The translations under genes were made by a program, and so were the position numbers. A DNA stretch of 64,000 nt from Hydrurus foetidus (lineage: Eukaryota): positions 4,464,001 to 4,528,000 of the forward strand of contig UYFQ01000001.1 in the NCBI GenBank assembly GCA_900617105.1. The letters run 5' to 3'. Each line of letters begins with the position of its first letter. Within the stretch, counting starts at the first letter, position 1. This document shows positions 8,560-18,972 of the stretch, piece after piece. The notes under the pieces are model-generated. The model had not been told where the DNA came from and ran no database searches. It was given only the letters and a program-made list of their open reading frames with translations.

Positions 8560-11500
8560 ATGGCCAAGTTTTTTATTGATCGCCCTATTTTTGCGTGGGT
8601 TATTGCACTGTTTATCGTGGTGATGGGCAGCATCGCCGTCACGCAGCTGCCAATTTCGCAGTACCCGCCGGTAGCGCCGCCCTCGATTGTGGTGTCGGCC
8701 GCATACCCCGGTGCATCAGCCAAAACATTAGAGGACAGTGTGCTGTCGGTGATTGAGCGTGAAATGAACGGCGCGCCCGGTTTGATCTATATGGAGGCCG
8801 TTGCCCAAGCCAACGGTACGGGCAACATCACTCTGAGTTTTCAGTCGGGCACCAACGCTGATTTAGCGCAGGTTGATGTGCAAAACCGGCTGGCGCGTGC
8901 CACGCCGCGCCTGCCCCAAGTCGTCACGCAGCAGGGCGTGCGGGTTGAAAAAGCCAACGCCAACTTTTTATTGTTCACGATTTTGTCGTCAACCAACCCG
9001 GCCATTGACCCGGTCGGTTTGGGTGACTACGCAGCGCGAAACGTGATTCCTGAATTACAGCGTTTACCAGGCGTTGGGCAAGCCCAGCTGTTTGGCACCG
9101 AACGCGCCATGCGCATCTGGCTAGAGCCTGCCAAACTTAGCGGCTTGGGTCTGTCGGGAGCAGACGTTAACACCGCGTTGCGCGCACAAAACGCGCAAGT
9201 CGCGTCTGGCACGATTGGCGAGCTGCCCAACGTGGCCGGGCAGGGCATAGCGGCCACCGTCGTCGTGAACGGGCAGCTGTCTAGCGTGGAGCAGTTTGGC
9301 AACGTGGTGCTGCGCGCCAACGCCGATGGCTCAACGGTGCGGCTTAAAGACGTGGCGCGCATTGAGCTTGGCGCGCAAAGCTACGCCACGGCGGCACGCC
9401 TGAACGGCAAGCCATCGACCGGCATTGGCGTGCAGTTAACGCCCAGCGGCAATGCGCTGGCTGTTGCCAAAGCCGTCAAGGAAAAAATGCAAAGCTTAAA
9501 GCCGTACTTTCCGCCGGGCGTGACCTACGCCATCCCCTATGACAGCTCGCGCTTCGTCAGTATTTCGATTCAGCAAGTCGCCATCACGCTGGTTGAAGCG
9601 GTGGTGCTGGTGTTTTTGGTAATGTATTTATTTTTGCAAAATTTCCGGTACACCATCATCCCTACTGTGGTGGTGCCGGTGGCTCTGTTGGGTACATTTG
9701 CAGCGCTGTTTGCGATGGGGTTTTCCATCAATGTGCTGACCATGTTTGGCATGGTGTTGGTGATTGGCATAGTGGTCGACGATGCGATTTTGGTGGTAGA
9801 AAATGTTGAGCGCATCATGAGCGAAGAAGGCTTGAGCCCGCTGGATGCCACCCGTAAGGCCATGAGCCAGATATCGGGCGCTATCGTTGGCGTGACGCTG
9901 GTGCTGATTGCGGTGTTTGTGCCGCTGGCGTTTTTTGCGGGGTCTGTCGGCAATATTTACCGGCAGTTTTCTGCGGTGATGGTGGCGGCCATTTCTTTTT
10001 CATCGTTTCTCGCGCTGTCGCTGACGCCAGCGCTCTGCGCCACGCTGCTTAAACCGGTGGAAGCCGGCCACCATAACGCCAAAACTGGGTTTTTCGGCTG
10101 GTTTAACCGCGGCTTTAGCCGCACAGCAAAAGGCTATGAGGGCTTTGTGGCCCGCCTGCTAAAGCGGGCAGCTCGTTACATGGTGATTTATGTTGCCATC
10201 ATCGGCGTGGTGGCGTTGGTTTACACGCGTTTGCCCACTTCGTTTTTGCCGCAAGAAGACCAGGGCAATTTGCTGGTGAATGTGCAATTGCCGCCCGGCG
10301 CTACGCTCGAGCGCACGCAAGACGTGATGGCACAGGTCGAAGGTTTTATGCTCAAACAACCCGAGGTGCAAAGCATTGTGGGCGTTTTGGGTTTTAGTTT
10401 TTCAGGTCAAGGGCAAAACGCAGCGCTGGCGTTTGTCACGCTCAAAGACTGGGCTGAGCGCGGCCACGCCGACCAATCAGCCCAAGCGCTTGCGGGCCGC
10501 GCATTTGGTGCGTTTTCGCGGATTCGTGATGCATTTGTTTTCCCGCTCAGCCCGCCGCCGATTCCTGAATTGGGCTCGGCCAGCGGCTTTAACTTTCGGC
10601 TGCAAGACCGCTCAGGTGCGGGCCGCGATGCGTTGCTGGCAGCCCGTGGCCAGTTGCTCGGCATGGCCGCCAAAAGCCCAATAGTGACGCAGGTTCGCCC
10701 CGACGGGCTTGAAGACGCACCGCAGCTGCAAATCGACATTGACCGCGACCAGGCCGGTGCGCTGGGGGTGAGCTTTGATGCCATCAATGCATCGCTGTCA
10801 ACATCACTCGGCTCAAGCTATATCAACGACTTCCCTAACCAAGGCCGCTTGCAACGCGTGGTAGTGCAGGCCGACGCGCCGGCACGCATGCAACCTGACG
10901 ACTTGCTGCGCCTGAACGCCACTAACGCTAAGGGCCAACAAGTCCCGTTTGCCAGTTTTGCCAGCACACGCTGGGTGACTGGCGCTATGCAAACCGTGCG
11001 CTACAACGGCTACCCGTCAATCCGCATCAGCGGCAGCGCCGCGCCGGGCTACAGCACTGGCGCAGCGATTGCCGAAATGGAAAAACTCGCCGCGCAATTG
11101 CCGCAAGGCATGGGCTATGAATGGACTGGCTTGTCGCGTGAAGAAAAGCTGGCGGGCTCGCAGGCCACCCTTCTTTACGCCTTTGCCATCTTGGCGGTGT
11201 TTTTGTGCCTGGCGGCGCTGTATGAAAGCTGGTCCATTCCGCTGGCGGTTATTTTGGTGGTGCCCCTTGGTGTGCTGGGGGTGCTGCTGGCAACGCTTTT
11301 GCGCGGCTACGCCAACGACATTTACTTTCAGATCGGGTTAGTCACCATCATTGGCTTGTCATCTAAAAACGCGATTTTGATCATTGAATTTGCCAAAGAT
11401 TTGCAGGCCGAAGGCAAGGGCGTGGTTGAGTCTGCGTTGACGGCAGCGCACCTGCGGTTCAGGCCGATTGTGATGACGTCACTGGCCTTTATGTTGGGCG

Positions 11501-11694
11501 TGCTGCCGCTTGCGATTGCCACCGGCGCCAGCTCGGCCAGCCAGCGGGCTATTGGCACTGGCGTGATTGGCGGCGTGTTGACGGGTACGTTTTTGGCGGT
11601 ATTTTTTGTGCCGGTCTTCTTTGTGGTGGTGCGCGCATTGTTCAAAAGCCGAAAGCACGTTGCGGCGCCAGCTGGGGAAGAAAATCATGCTTAA
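8560..11694 (+). CDS. RND efflux permease (AcrB/MexB-like, HAE1)
   Basis: MAKFFIDRPIFAWV, GIVVDDAILVVENVER, KNAILIIEFA, RFRPIVMTS; 1044 aa. Confidence 0.97.
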   Translation: MAKFFIDRPIFAWVIALFIVVMGSIAVTQLPISQYPPVAPPSIVVSAAYPGASAKTLEDSVLSVIEREMNGAPGLIYMEAVAQANGTGNITLSFQSGTNADLAQVDVQNRLARATPRLPQVVTQQGVRVEKANANFLLFTILSSTNPAIDPVGLGDYAARNVIPELQRLPGVGQAQLFGTERAMRIWLEPAKLSGLGLSGADVNTALRAQNAQVASGTIGELPNVAGQGIAATVVVNGQLSSVEQFGNVVLRANADGSTVRLKDVARIELGAQSYATAARLNGKPSTGIGVQLTPSGNALAVAKAVKEKMQSLKPYFPPGVTYAIPYDSSRFVSISIQQVAITLVEAVVLVFLVMYLFLQNFRYTIIPTVVVPVALLGTFAALFAMGFSINVLTMFGMVLVIGIVVDDAILVVENVERIMSEEGLSPLDATRKAMSQISGAIVGVTLVLIAVFVPLAFFAGSVGNIYRQFSAVMVAAISFSSFLALSLTPALCATLLKPVEAGHHNAKTGFFGWFNRGFSRTAKGYEGFVARLLKRAARYMVIYVAIIGVVALVYTRLPTSFLPQEDQGNLLVNVQLPPGATLERTQDVMAQVEGFMLKQPEVQSIVGVLGFSFSGQGQNAALAFVTLKDWAERGHADQSAQALAGRAFGAFSRIRDAFVFPLSPPPIPELGSASGFNFRLQDRSGAGRDALLAARGQLLGMAAKSPIVTQVRPDGLEDAPQLQIDIDRDQAGALGVSFDAINASLSTSLGSSYINDFPNQGRLQRVVVQADAPARMQPDDLLRLNATNAKGQQVPFASFASTRWVTGAMQTVRYNGYPSIRISGSAAPGYSTGAAIAEMEKLAAQLPQGMGYEWTGLSREEKLAGSQATLLYAFAILAVFLCLAALYESWSIPLAVILVVPLGVLGVLLATLLRGYANDIYFQIGLVTIIGLSSKNAILIIEFAKDLQAEGKGVVESALTAAHLRFRPIVMTSLAFMLGVLPLAIATGASSASQRAIGTGVIGGVLTGTFLAVFFVPVFFVVVRALFKSRKHVAAPAGEENHA

Positions 11695-13114
11695 AAAAAC
11701 CAGTCTTTTATGGCTTGCGGTCAGTAGCGGCTTGCTGGCAGGCTGCTCCCTAATACCCACTTACGAACGCCCCACAGCGCCAGTTGCTGCGCAATTTCCT
11801 GGTGAGTTCTTGGGCGCATCTGGCGGCGCAGCTACCCCCGCAGCAGACATTGAATGGCAAAACTTCTTTACCGACCCCAAGCTGAATCAGCTGATTGCGG
11901 CTGCGCTGCAAAACAACCGTGATCTGCGCATTGCAGTGTTGACTATTGAGCAGGCACGGGCGCAATTTCAAATCCGGCGTGCTGACCAATTTCCAACGCT
12001 TAACGCCGCGCTGACCGGCTCGCGCCAGTCCACGGGCAGCGCCGCCGGAGGCAGCGGCATCAGTAGCCTGTACAGCGCAGGGTTGGCAGTAACGGCATAC
12101 GAGATTGATTTTTTTGGCCGAGTGGCCAGTTTGAAGGAAGCCGCGCTGGCGCAATACCTGGCAACGGTTGAAGGTCGTAAAACAGCGCAAATCAGCCTGG
12201 TTGCCCTCGTTGCCAACACCTATTTGGCGCAGCTGGGAGACGATGAATTGCTGGCCATCACGCAGCAAACACTTGGTACCCGGCAAGAGTCCTTCAAACT
12301 CGCCAAACTGCGCTTTGACAACGGCGTGACGTCCGAGCTGGATTTGCGGCTGGCCGAATCGTTGTTGGAGTCTGCCAACGTGTCACTTGCCCAGCAAAAG
12401 CGCCAGCGCGCGTTAGATGAAAACACGTTGACGCTGCTGGTCGGCCAAAGCCTGAAAGGCGCGCTAGGGGTTACCGGCGGCCCAGCTTTGAACGCAGCCA
12501 CGCTGCAAGACGTGCCCGCCGGGCTGCCGTCCGACTTGCTGGTGCGCAGGCCCGACATTCGTCAGGCCGAGCAACAACTGATCGCCGCCAACGCCAACAT
12601 CGGCGCGGCCAGGGCGGCGTTTTTTCCGCGCATTGCTTTGACAGCGACCGCTGGCAGCGCCAGTTCACGTTTGGGTGGGTTGTTCAGCGGCGGTACCTGG
12701 GGCTGGACGCTGGCGCCTCAGTTACTGTTGCCGATTTTTGATGCGGGCCGCAACAAGGCCGCATTAGCGTCTAGCAAGGCTGCTGAGGGCATTGCAATAG
12801 CTACCTACGAAAAAGCCATTCAAACCGCTTTTAAAGAGGTTTCAGACGCCTTGGCAGGCCGCGCAACCTACGCCGAGCAGCTGCGCGCTGCCCAAGCTCA
12901 AGCAGATGCCGAGGCTGTGCGTTACAAACTGGCCAACCTTCGTTACCAAAACGGCGTGGCCAGCCAGCTAGACCAGCTTGACGCCCAGCGGTCATTGTTT
13001 GCTGCACGGCAACTGGTGGTGCAAACGCGACTCGCGCAGCTGCAAAGCCAGGTAACGCTTTACAAAGTGTTGGGTGGTGGGTGGACGGACGACGCGCTGA
13101 GCGGTGCACCTTAA
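11687..13114 (+). CDS. Efflux outer membrane factor lipoprotein (OprM/NodT-like)
   Basis: LAGCSL lipobox, AALQNNRDLR, PAGLPSDLLVRRPDI, LYKVLGGGW; ATG 11687 overlaps the permease stop. Confidence 0.95.
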   Translation: MLKKTSLLWLAVSSGLLAGCSLIPTYERPTAPVAAQFPGEFLGASGGAATPAADIEWQNFFTDPKLNQLIAAALQNNRDLRIAVLTIEQARAQFQIRRADQFPTLNAALTGSRQSTGSAAGGSGISSLYSAGLAVTAYEIDFFGRVASLKEAALAQYLATVEGRKTAQISLVALVANTYLAQLGDDELLAITQQTLGTRQESFKLAKLRFDNGVTSELDLRLAESLLESANVSLAQQKRQRALDENTLTLLVGQSLKGALGVTGGPALNAATLQDVPAGLPSDLLVRRPDIRQAEQQLIAANANIGAARAAFFPRIALTATAGSASSRLGGLFSGGTWGWTLAPQLLLPIFDAGRNKAALASSKAAEGIAIATYEKAIQTAFKEVSDALAGRATYAEQLRAAQAQADAEAVRYKLANLRYQNGVASQLDQLDAQRSLFAARQLVVQTRLAQLQSQVTLYKVLGGGWTDDALSGAP

Positions 13115-13126
13115 CACCCTGGGTAC

Positions 13127-13174
13127 GCTATATATTCAGGAGCTGCTCGCGCCCGTATTTATTTGGTTAGAGGT
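13127..13174 (+). repeat. Dispersed ~48-bp motif, copy 3
   Basis: gctatatattcaggagc-tgctcgcgccc-gtatttatt-tggttagaggt. Confidence 0.8.
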
Positions 13175-13211
13175 CGAAATTATGCTTGGAAACGGCTTAA
13201 AAAGCACATTT

Positions 13212-13586
13212 TTATTCCAATCCAACAACGCTCTCAACCAGCCGCCAAACCTTTTGCAAGTCTGTGGCGTGCACGAATTCCCCGGTACAAGTCGTAATCC
13301 GCGCTTGCCAATCCAGGTTCTTGAGGTGATCACTCAACACCACCCCTGAAATTGATGCCGTTTTGACGGGCACTTCAAAAGGATAGCCTTTGACTTTGGA
13401 AGTGATGGGGCAAACAAAGGCGCGGCCAATACGCTGGTTGTAGGCAGTTTGGGAGATCACAAGAGCAGGGCGGCGGCCAGCTTGCTCGTGGCCGCTTTGT
13501 GGGTCGAAATCAATCCAGATGATTTCACCTTGCTTGGGTGCCTGTGCTGGTGTGAGTTTTTGCGCCGGTTTGGCGCGGCTCACCAT
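13212..13586 (-). CDS. mazF: PemK/MazF family endoribonuclease toxin
   Basis: PKQGEIIWIDFDPQSGHEQAGRRPALVIS, CPITSKVKGYPFEV, DHLKNLDWQAR. Confidence 0.92.
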   Translation of the reverse strand: MVSRAKPAQKLTPAQAPKQGEIIWIDFDPQSGHEQAGRRPALVISQTAYNQRIGRAFVCPITSKVKGYPFEVPVKTASISGVVLSDHLKNLDWQARITTCTGEFVHATDLQKVWRLVESVVGLE

Positions 13587-13837
13587 GCTTCACTGCCTTG
13601 CGGCTTGCCCCAGGACACATCAGGTTCATCGGGTAAGTTCTCGGGTGTGACCTGCGCCAGCAGGTCAGCCAGGTTGGGGCGCGCCAAGACGGGCCACAAG
13701 ATGATGCTGCCGTCCGCGCCGTCTTCAAAACGTACCGTCTGGCCAATTTTGAGACCTGCTTTTTTGACTAGCGGCATGGGGATGCGCAAGGCAGTTGACT
13801 TGCCCCAACTGGACAGCGTTGCTTCTAAATTTTGCAT
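13580..13837 (-). CDS. mazE: AbrB/MazE family antitoxin
   Basis: WGKSTALRIP, LADLLAQVTPEN, WGKPQGSEAW; overlaps the toxin start. Confidence 0.9.
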   Translation of the reverse strand: MQNLEATLSSWGKSTALRIPMPLVKKAGLKIGQTVRFEDGADGSIILWPVLARPNLADLLAQVTPENLPDEPDVSWGKPQGSEAW

Positions 13838-13954
13838 ATTAATTTATTTGAAATAATAAGATATCTCGGATATTAATCACGTTGACATCTCAAGTCAAAT
13901 GGCTTGCCAATTTATCGGCCTCACCAGCGCGCAAGTCCGCACTCAATGGGTTCT

Positions 13955-15358
13955 TCAACTCCCAGCCACCTTCATCCGGTTCACCAAAATCGACCCCACG
14001 GTTTTTGCACCGTAGTTGTAGGTGTCAGCGCCCACAGCGGTGATGCCCATCAGCATGCCTTTTAAATTCCCTGCGATGGTGATTTCTTCGACCGGGAAAG
14101 CGATTTGCCCTTTCTCTACCCAAAAGCCCGACGCGCCGCGTGAATAGTCGCCTGTCACGTAGTTCACGCCTTGGCCCATCAGCTCGGTGACGAACAGGCC
14201 AGTGCCGAGTTTTTTCAGCATCGCATCCAGGCTGTCGCCGGGCTTGGTCTGGCGGCTGCTCATCACCAGATTGTGTGAGCCGCCAGCGTTGCCGGTGGTG
14301 CGCATGCCGAGTTTGCGAGCGGAGTAGGTGCTTAAAAAATAGCCTTGCACAATGCCTGCGTCTACCACCGTGCGGGCGTGGGTTTTGACGCCTTCTTCAT
14401 CGAAAGGCGCGCTGCCTTTGCCCTTCGTTAAAAACGGGTCTTCAGTGATGTCGATGAATTTGGGGAAGGCGGCTTTGCCCAAGCTGTTGAGCAAAAACGT
14501 GCTTTTGCGGTACAGCGCGCCTCCGCTGATGGCTTGGGTAAAGCTTCCGAGCAAGCCAGCGGCCAGGGGCGATTCAAACAGCACCGGGCATTCGCAGGTT
14601 TTGACCTTGCGGCTTTTCAGGCGTGACAGCGCGCGTTCAGCGGCGTAACGGCCCACTGCCTCGGGGCTGGCCAACTCGCTGGCGTCACGCATGGACGTAT
14701 ACCAAGCGTCGCGCTGCATGTCGCCGTTTTTGCCGGGCGACGATGCAATCGGTGATGCCGACATCGAGTGGCGAGAGCTGGCATAGCCGCCCCTGAATCC
14801 TTTGGTGTGCGCGCTGAAAAAATGCGACTGCTGCGCCGACACGCCTGCGCCTTCGCTGTTGGTGATGCGCTTGCTCACGCCTAGAGCTGCCGCTTCGCAT
14901 TGCAGCGCCAATATGGCGGCGTCTTCACTGGTAATGTCCCAGGGGTAGAACAAGTCAAGGTCAGGGTGCTTGCGTGAAATGTCGCGGTCAGCGGGCAGGC
15001 CGCTTGATTTGTCTTCAGCGGTAAAGCGTGCAATGTCGAAAGCGGCTTTCACGGTTTGTTGAATTGCGGCTTTTGAAAAGTCGCTCGTCGCTGCGTTACC
15101 GCGCTTTTGGCCGACATAAACGGTGATGCCAAGCGACTTGTCGCGGTTGCGCTCTACGTTTTCCAGCTCTCCCTTGCGCACGCTGACTGACAGGCCGCAG
15201 CCTTCAGACGCTTCGGCGGCAGCGTCGGTGGCGCCTAGTTTTTTGGCGTGGGTGAGAGCGGTGTCAACCAAGTCTTCGAAAAAATCTCGGCTATAGCTGA
15301 AGCCTTTTAGTGGTTGGTTTGAAGGAGCAGCGCGGGGTGTGGAGGCTTTTGAGGTCAT
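13955..15358 (-). CDS. pmbA: Metalloprotease PmbA (TldE)
   Basis: GLSVSVRKGE, SAPFDEEG, TGNAGGSHN, GVNYVTGDYSRGASGFW. Confidence 0.93.
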   Translation of the reverse strand: MTSKASTPRAAPSNQPLKGFSYSRDFFEDLVDTALTHAKKLGATDAAAEASEGCGLSVSVRKGELENVERNRDKSLGITVYVGQKRGNAATSDFSKAAIQQTVKAAFDIARFTAEDKSSGLPADRDISRKHPDLDLFYPWDITSEDAAILALQCEAAALGVSKRITNSEGAGVSAQQSHFFSAHTKGFRGGYASSRHSMSASPIASSPGKNGDMQRDAWYTSMRDASELASPEAVGRYAAERALSRLKSRKVKTCECPVLFESPLAAGLLGSFTQAISGGALYRKSTFLLNSLGKAAFPKFIDITEDPFLTKGKGSAPFDEEGVKTHARTVVDAGIVQGYFLSTYSARKLGMRTTGNAGGSHNLVMSSRQTKPGDSLDAMLKKLGTGLFVTELMGQGVNYVTGDYSRGASGFWVEKGQIAFPVEEITIAGNLKGMLMGITAVGADTYNYGAKTVGSILVNRMKVAGS

Positions 15359-15383
15359 ATGGGTAGCTATGATACGGGTTGCT

Positions 15384-15989
15384 ATGAACACAAAGAATAT
15401 TAAGGGTACGCCAAAGGCTATCAAGGGCTATTGGTCAAATGGTCGTTTCGTTAAACCTGAAGAAATTGCGCTTGAAGAGGTAGGCCCGCCGAGCAAAACC
15501 ATGCTCAAAGCTGAGGCCGACGAAAAGCAGGCCTTGGGCGAGGCGTTGTTAACTCTGCGTGCCGATCTGATGGCCCGGCTGGATTTACCCGTCAAGTTGC
15601 TGGATGCCATCAAAGACGCGAAGAAAATCACCAATTTTGAAGGCCGCCGCCGCCAGATGCAGTTCATCGGCAAGCTCATGCGCCCGCTCGACGCCGATCC
15701 TATTCGTGAAGCCATCAACGAGCAGCTCAATGGCTCAGCTCAACTCACGCTGCAATTGCATTTGGCTGAGCAGTGGCGTGACAAGTTGGTGGCGGATGAT
15801 GAATCGCTAAGCGCGTGGCTCAATGACTACCCGGCAACAGACGCGCAGCAACTGCGCGCGTTGATTCGCCAGGCGCGCAAAGACTACAAACCCGAAAAGC
15901 CCGGCGAAGCGCCGCGCCACGGCAAGTCGTACCGCGAGATATTTCAGCTGGTTAAGACGGAAATGCAGGCCACCGCTGCGCCCGAGTAA
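15384..15989 (+). CDS. yjgA: Ribosome biogenesis factor YjgA (DarP)
   Basis: SKT.LK, EGRRRQMQFIGKLMR, QQLRALIRQAR, YREIFQ; divergent from pmbA. Confidence 0.9.
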   Translation: MNTKNIKGTPKAIKGYWSNGRFVKPEEIALEEVGPPSKTMLKAEADEKQALGEALLTLRADLMARLDLPVKLLDAIKDAKKITNFEGRRRQMQFIGKLMRPLDADPIREAINEQLNGSAQLTLQLHLAEQWRDKLVADDESLSAWLNDYPATDAQQLRALIRQARKDYKPEKPGEAPRHGKSYREIFQLVKTEMQATAAPE

Positions 15990-15997
15990 CGCTAGAC

Positions 15998-16588
15998 ATG
16001 CCAAACTTTGACCCAGTAAAAATCGGTATTGTTTCGGTAAGCGACCGCGCATCAACCGGCGTGTACAACGATAAGGGCTTGCCCGCGCTAAAAGACTGGC
16101 TTGGCAAGGCGCTGTTGAACCCCATCACTTTTGAAGAGCGCCTGATACCAGACGAGCAAGCAGGGATCAGCGCGGCGCTAATCGAGCTGGTTGACGCAGG
16201 TTGCAGCCTGGTGCTAACCACCGGCGGCACAGGCCCTGCGCTGCGCGACGTGACACCTGAAGCCACGTTAGTTGTGGCACAAAAAGAAATGCCGGGCTTT
16301 GGTGAACAGATGCGACAAATCAGCTTGAAGTTTGTGCCCACGGCGATTTTGTCGCGGCAATGCGCAGTAGTGCGCGGCCACTGCCTCATCATCAATTTAC
16401 CGGGTCAGCCCAAAGCCATTGCTGAAACGCTGGAGGGTTTAAAAGGCGAAGCAGGCGAGCAAATCGTGCCCGGCATTTTTGCAGCTGTTCCGTACTGCGT
16501 TGACCTGATTGGCGGGCCGTACATTGAAACCCGGCCTGAGGTGTGCAAAGTGTTCAGGCCGAAGTCGGCGCTGCGGGCAGCGGTTTAA
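15998..16588 (+). CDS. mog: Molybdopterin adenylyltransferase
   Basis: VSVSDRAS, TTGGTGPALRDVTPEAT, NLPGQPKAI. Confidence 0.95.
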   Translation: MPNFDPVKIGIVSVSDRASTGVYNDKGLPALKDWLGKALLNPITFEERLIPDEQAGISAALIELVDAGCSLVLTTGGTGPALRDVTPEATLVVAQKEMPGFGEQMRQISLKFVPTAILSRQCAVVRGHCLIINLPGQPKAIAETLEGLKGEAGEQIVPGIFAAVPYCVDLIGGPYIETRPEVCKVFRPKSALRAAV

Positions 16589-16637
16589 TCGTTTGCGGCT
16601 CCAAGAGCGGGAGAAGCCGCTTTTCAGGCATCAAATA

Positions 16638-16686
16638 GGCCCCTGGCCCAATAAATACAGGCGCAAGAAGCTATTAAATATGTAGT
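16638..16686 (-). repeat. Dispersed ~48-bp motif, copy 4
   Basis: revcomp actacatatttaatagc-ttcttgcgcct-gtatttatt-gggccaggggc. Confidence 0.75.
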
Positions 16687-16700
16687 ATTGAATGCCACCA

Positions 16701-18947
16701 TCAAACCACCCGATTCGCTTCCAGCCCCGCTCGAATCTTGTCCAGCGTGATCGGAAACTCCCGCACCCGCACGCCAGTTGCGTTGTACACCGGATTGGCC
16801 ACCGCAGCGCCAGCGCCGCAAATGCCCAGCTCGCCGACGCCTTTAATTTTGAGCGGATTGGTTTTGTCGTCCACCTCAGTCAAAAAGTGCACGTCGATTT
16901 TGGGGATGTCGGCATGCGACGGCACGTGGTACTCGGCCAGGTCGTGGTTGACAAAATGGCCGTCGCGTTTGTCGATGATGGAATCTTCATGCAGGGCCGA
17001 GCCGACGCCCCAAATCATGGCGCCTGAGATTTGACTTTTGGCAGTTTTTTCATTGAGTATTCGACCCGCTGCAAACACGCCCAGCAAGCGGCGCACGCGG
17101 ATTTCGCCGGTGTCGATGTTCACGCGCACTTCAGCAAAGTGAGCGCCGTAAGCCTGCTGGGAAAACTGTTTGGCAATGGCGCCGGGTTTGATTTCGCCGT
17201 TGGCTTGCATGCCCAGCGTACCGGCCAGCGCGCCCAGCGTTTCGGTTTTGCCTGCGGCTGTGAGGTTGCCTTTGGCAAATACAGCATCGGCCACATTCAC
17301 GCCCATTTTGGTGGCCAGCTTTTCACGCAAATTTGTGCACGCATCAAACAGGCCCGAGCCTGCACTGGCGGCGCCCCACGAGCCACCTGAACCTGGCGTG
17401 GCCGCGAAGTTGCTGTCGCCCAGTTCCATGCGTACCCGCTCGATGGGCAGGCCCATCATTTCAGCGGCGATTTGCGTGAACACGGTGTAGCTGCCTGTGC
17501 CGATGTCGGTCATCGCCATTTTCACAGTCAGCACGCCTTGTCTGTCAAGTGCCACGTCGCACTTGGACGGCATCATGACGTTGGCGCGGGTAGCCGCTGC
17601 CATGCCCATGCCCACCAGCCATCGGCCTTCGCGCTTCTGGGCGGGCACGGGGTTGCGCTGGGCCCACCCGAAGCGGGAAGCGCCGTCCTTCATGCAAGCT
17701 ACCAGGTTGCGGCTTGAAAACGGAATTTTTTTGTCCTGGTCTTGCGCGGGCTCGTTGCGCACGCGCAGCTCAATTGGGTCCAGTTTGAGTTTTTCGGCCA
17801 GCTCGTCCATGGCAATTTCAATGGCCAGCATTCCAACCGATTCGCCCGGCGCGCGGGTAGAGTCCGATACCGGCAAATCAAGCTTGACCAAATAGTGCGG
17901 CGTGTATCGTTCAGGGGCGGCGTAGAGCACGCGGGTTTGCAGCGCCGACGGCTCAAAAAAATCATCGTAGCGCGCGCCGTTAGACCACGCCTCATGGCCG
18001 ACTGCGTTCAGTTTCCCGTCGCTTGAGGCACCCAGGCGAAGACGCTGCACAGTGTCACTGCGGTGGCTGGTGACGTGAAACATCTGCTGCCTGGTAAGTG
18101 CGGTTTTAACCGGGCGCCGCAGCTCACGCGCAGCCAGCGCGGTCAAAATCACGTCGCCGTAAATCGGCAGCTTGCTGCCAAACCCCCCGCCGATGTAGCG
18201 GCTGACCAAATGCACATTTCCCAACGGTATGCCCAGCGTAGAAGCCACGCCTTGCTGAGCGCTGTTGATCAGCTGTGCAGAGCAATGAACAGTGAGCTTG
18301 TTGCCCTCCCAGTAGGCAAAAGTGGCGGGCGGCTCCATCGGTGCGGCGGCTTGGGCGGGCGTGGTGAAACGGCCCTCTACCTTGACTGCCGACGAGGCAA
18401 ACGCCTTTTCAAAATCGACTTGAGAGCCATCAATGAGCGGCTCACCAAAAAACGATTTTTGCAGCTCGGCCTGCGCCAGACGGCTCTGCATTTCATGCTC
18501 TCCTGTGGCCGCGGTGTATTTGACAGTCACGAGGCTTGCGGCAGATCGAGCTTGCTCAAAAGAGTTGGCCACTACAAACGCGATTGGCTGCCCGTAATAC
18601 TCAATTTTGCTGGAGCTAAGCTGCGGAATCGACCGCGCATAGCGGTCAGGCAGGGTAATCGGGCCCCATGCGGCTTGCTTGGGTGCATTGAGGTGGGTCA
18701 TCACCAACAGTACGCCGGGTGCGCGCTCGGCGGCGCTGGTGTTGATGGCGCTGACCGTGCCTTTAGAAATAGTCGCTTGCACCATAAAGCCATAAGCGGC
18801 TGCTGCGCCGCCCTCTACCATTTCGTGCGCGTAGGGCGCTTTGCCCATGACTTTCAGGCGGCCGTCAACACGGTCAAGGGGTTTGCCCATCAGGCCCTGA
18901 CGGTTTTCGTCAAGTGCGTTGCGCGGGGCAGGTGCGTTCATTTGCAT
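16701..18947 (-). CDS. paoC: Xanthine dehydrogenase-family molybdopterin-binding subunit (PaoC/YagR-like)
   Basis: RVDGRLKV, GGGFGSK, RAPGE, GSGGSWGA, KGVGELG. Confidence 0.9.
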   Translation of the reverse strand: MQMNAPAPRNALDENRQGLMGKPLDRVDGRLKVMGKAPYAHEMVEGGAAAAYGFMVQATISKGTVSAINTSAAERAPGVLLVMTHLNAPKQAAWGPITLPDRYARSIPQLSSSKIEYYGQPIAFVVANSFEQARSAASLVTVKYTAATGEHEMQSRLAQAELQKSFFGEPLIDGSQVDFEKAFASSAVKVEGRFTTPAQAAAPMEPPATFAYWEGNKLTVHCSAQLINSAQQGVASTLGIPLGNVHLVSRYIGGGFGSKLPIYGDVILTALAARELRRPVKTALTRQQMFHVTSHRSDTVQRLRLGASSDGKLNAVGHEAWSNGARYDDFFEPSALQTRVLYAAPERYTPHYLVKLDLPVSDSTRAPGESVGMLAIEIAMDELAEKLKLDPIELRVRNEPAQDQDKKIPFSSRNLVACMKDGASRFGWAQRNPVPAQKREGRWLVGMGMAAATRANVMMPSKCDVALDRQGVLTVKMAMTDIGTGSYTVFTQIAAEMMGLPIERVRMELGDSNFAATPGSGGSWGAASAGSGLFDACTNLREKLATKMGVNVADAVFAKGNLTAAGKTETLGALAGTLGMQANGEIKPGAIAKQFSQQAYGAHFAEVRVNIDTGEIRVRRLLGVFAAGRILNEKTAKSQISGAMIWGVGSALHEDSIIDKRDGHFVNHDLAEYHVPSHADIPKIDVHFLTEVDDKTNPLKIKGVGELGICGAGAAVANPVYNATGVRVREFPITLDKIRAGLEANRVV

Positions 18948-18972
18948 GGTGATGTCCTTCGGTTTGGATAAG

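Noticed and set aside
18063..18971. Long opposite-strand ORFs (also 5123..5881, 7675..8559, 46145..47026)
   Set aside because: Shadow frames of well-supported genes in GC-rich DNA, with no recognisable motifs.
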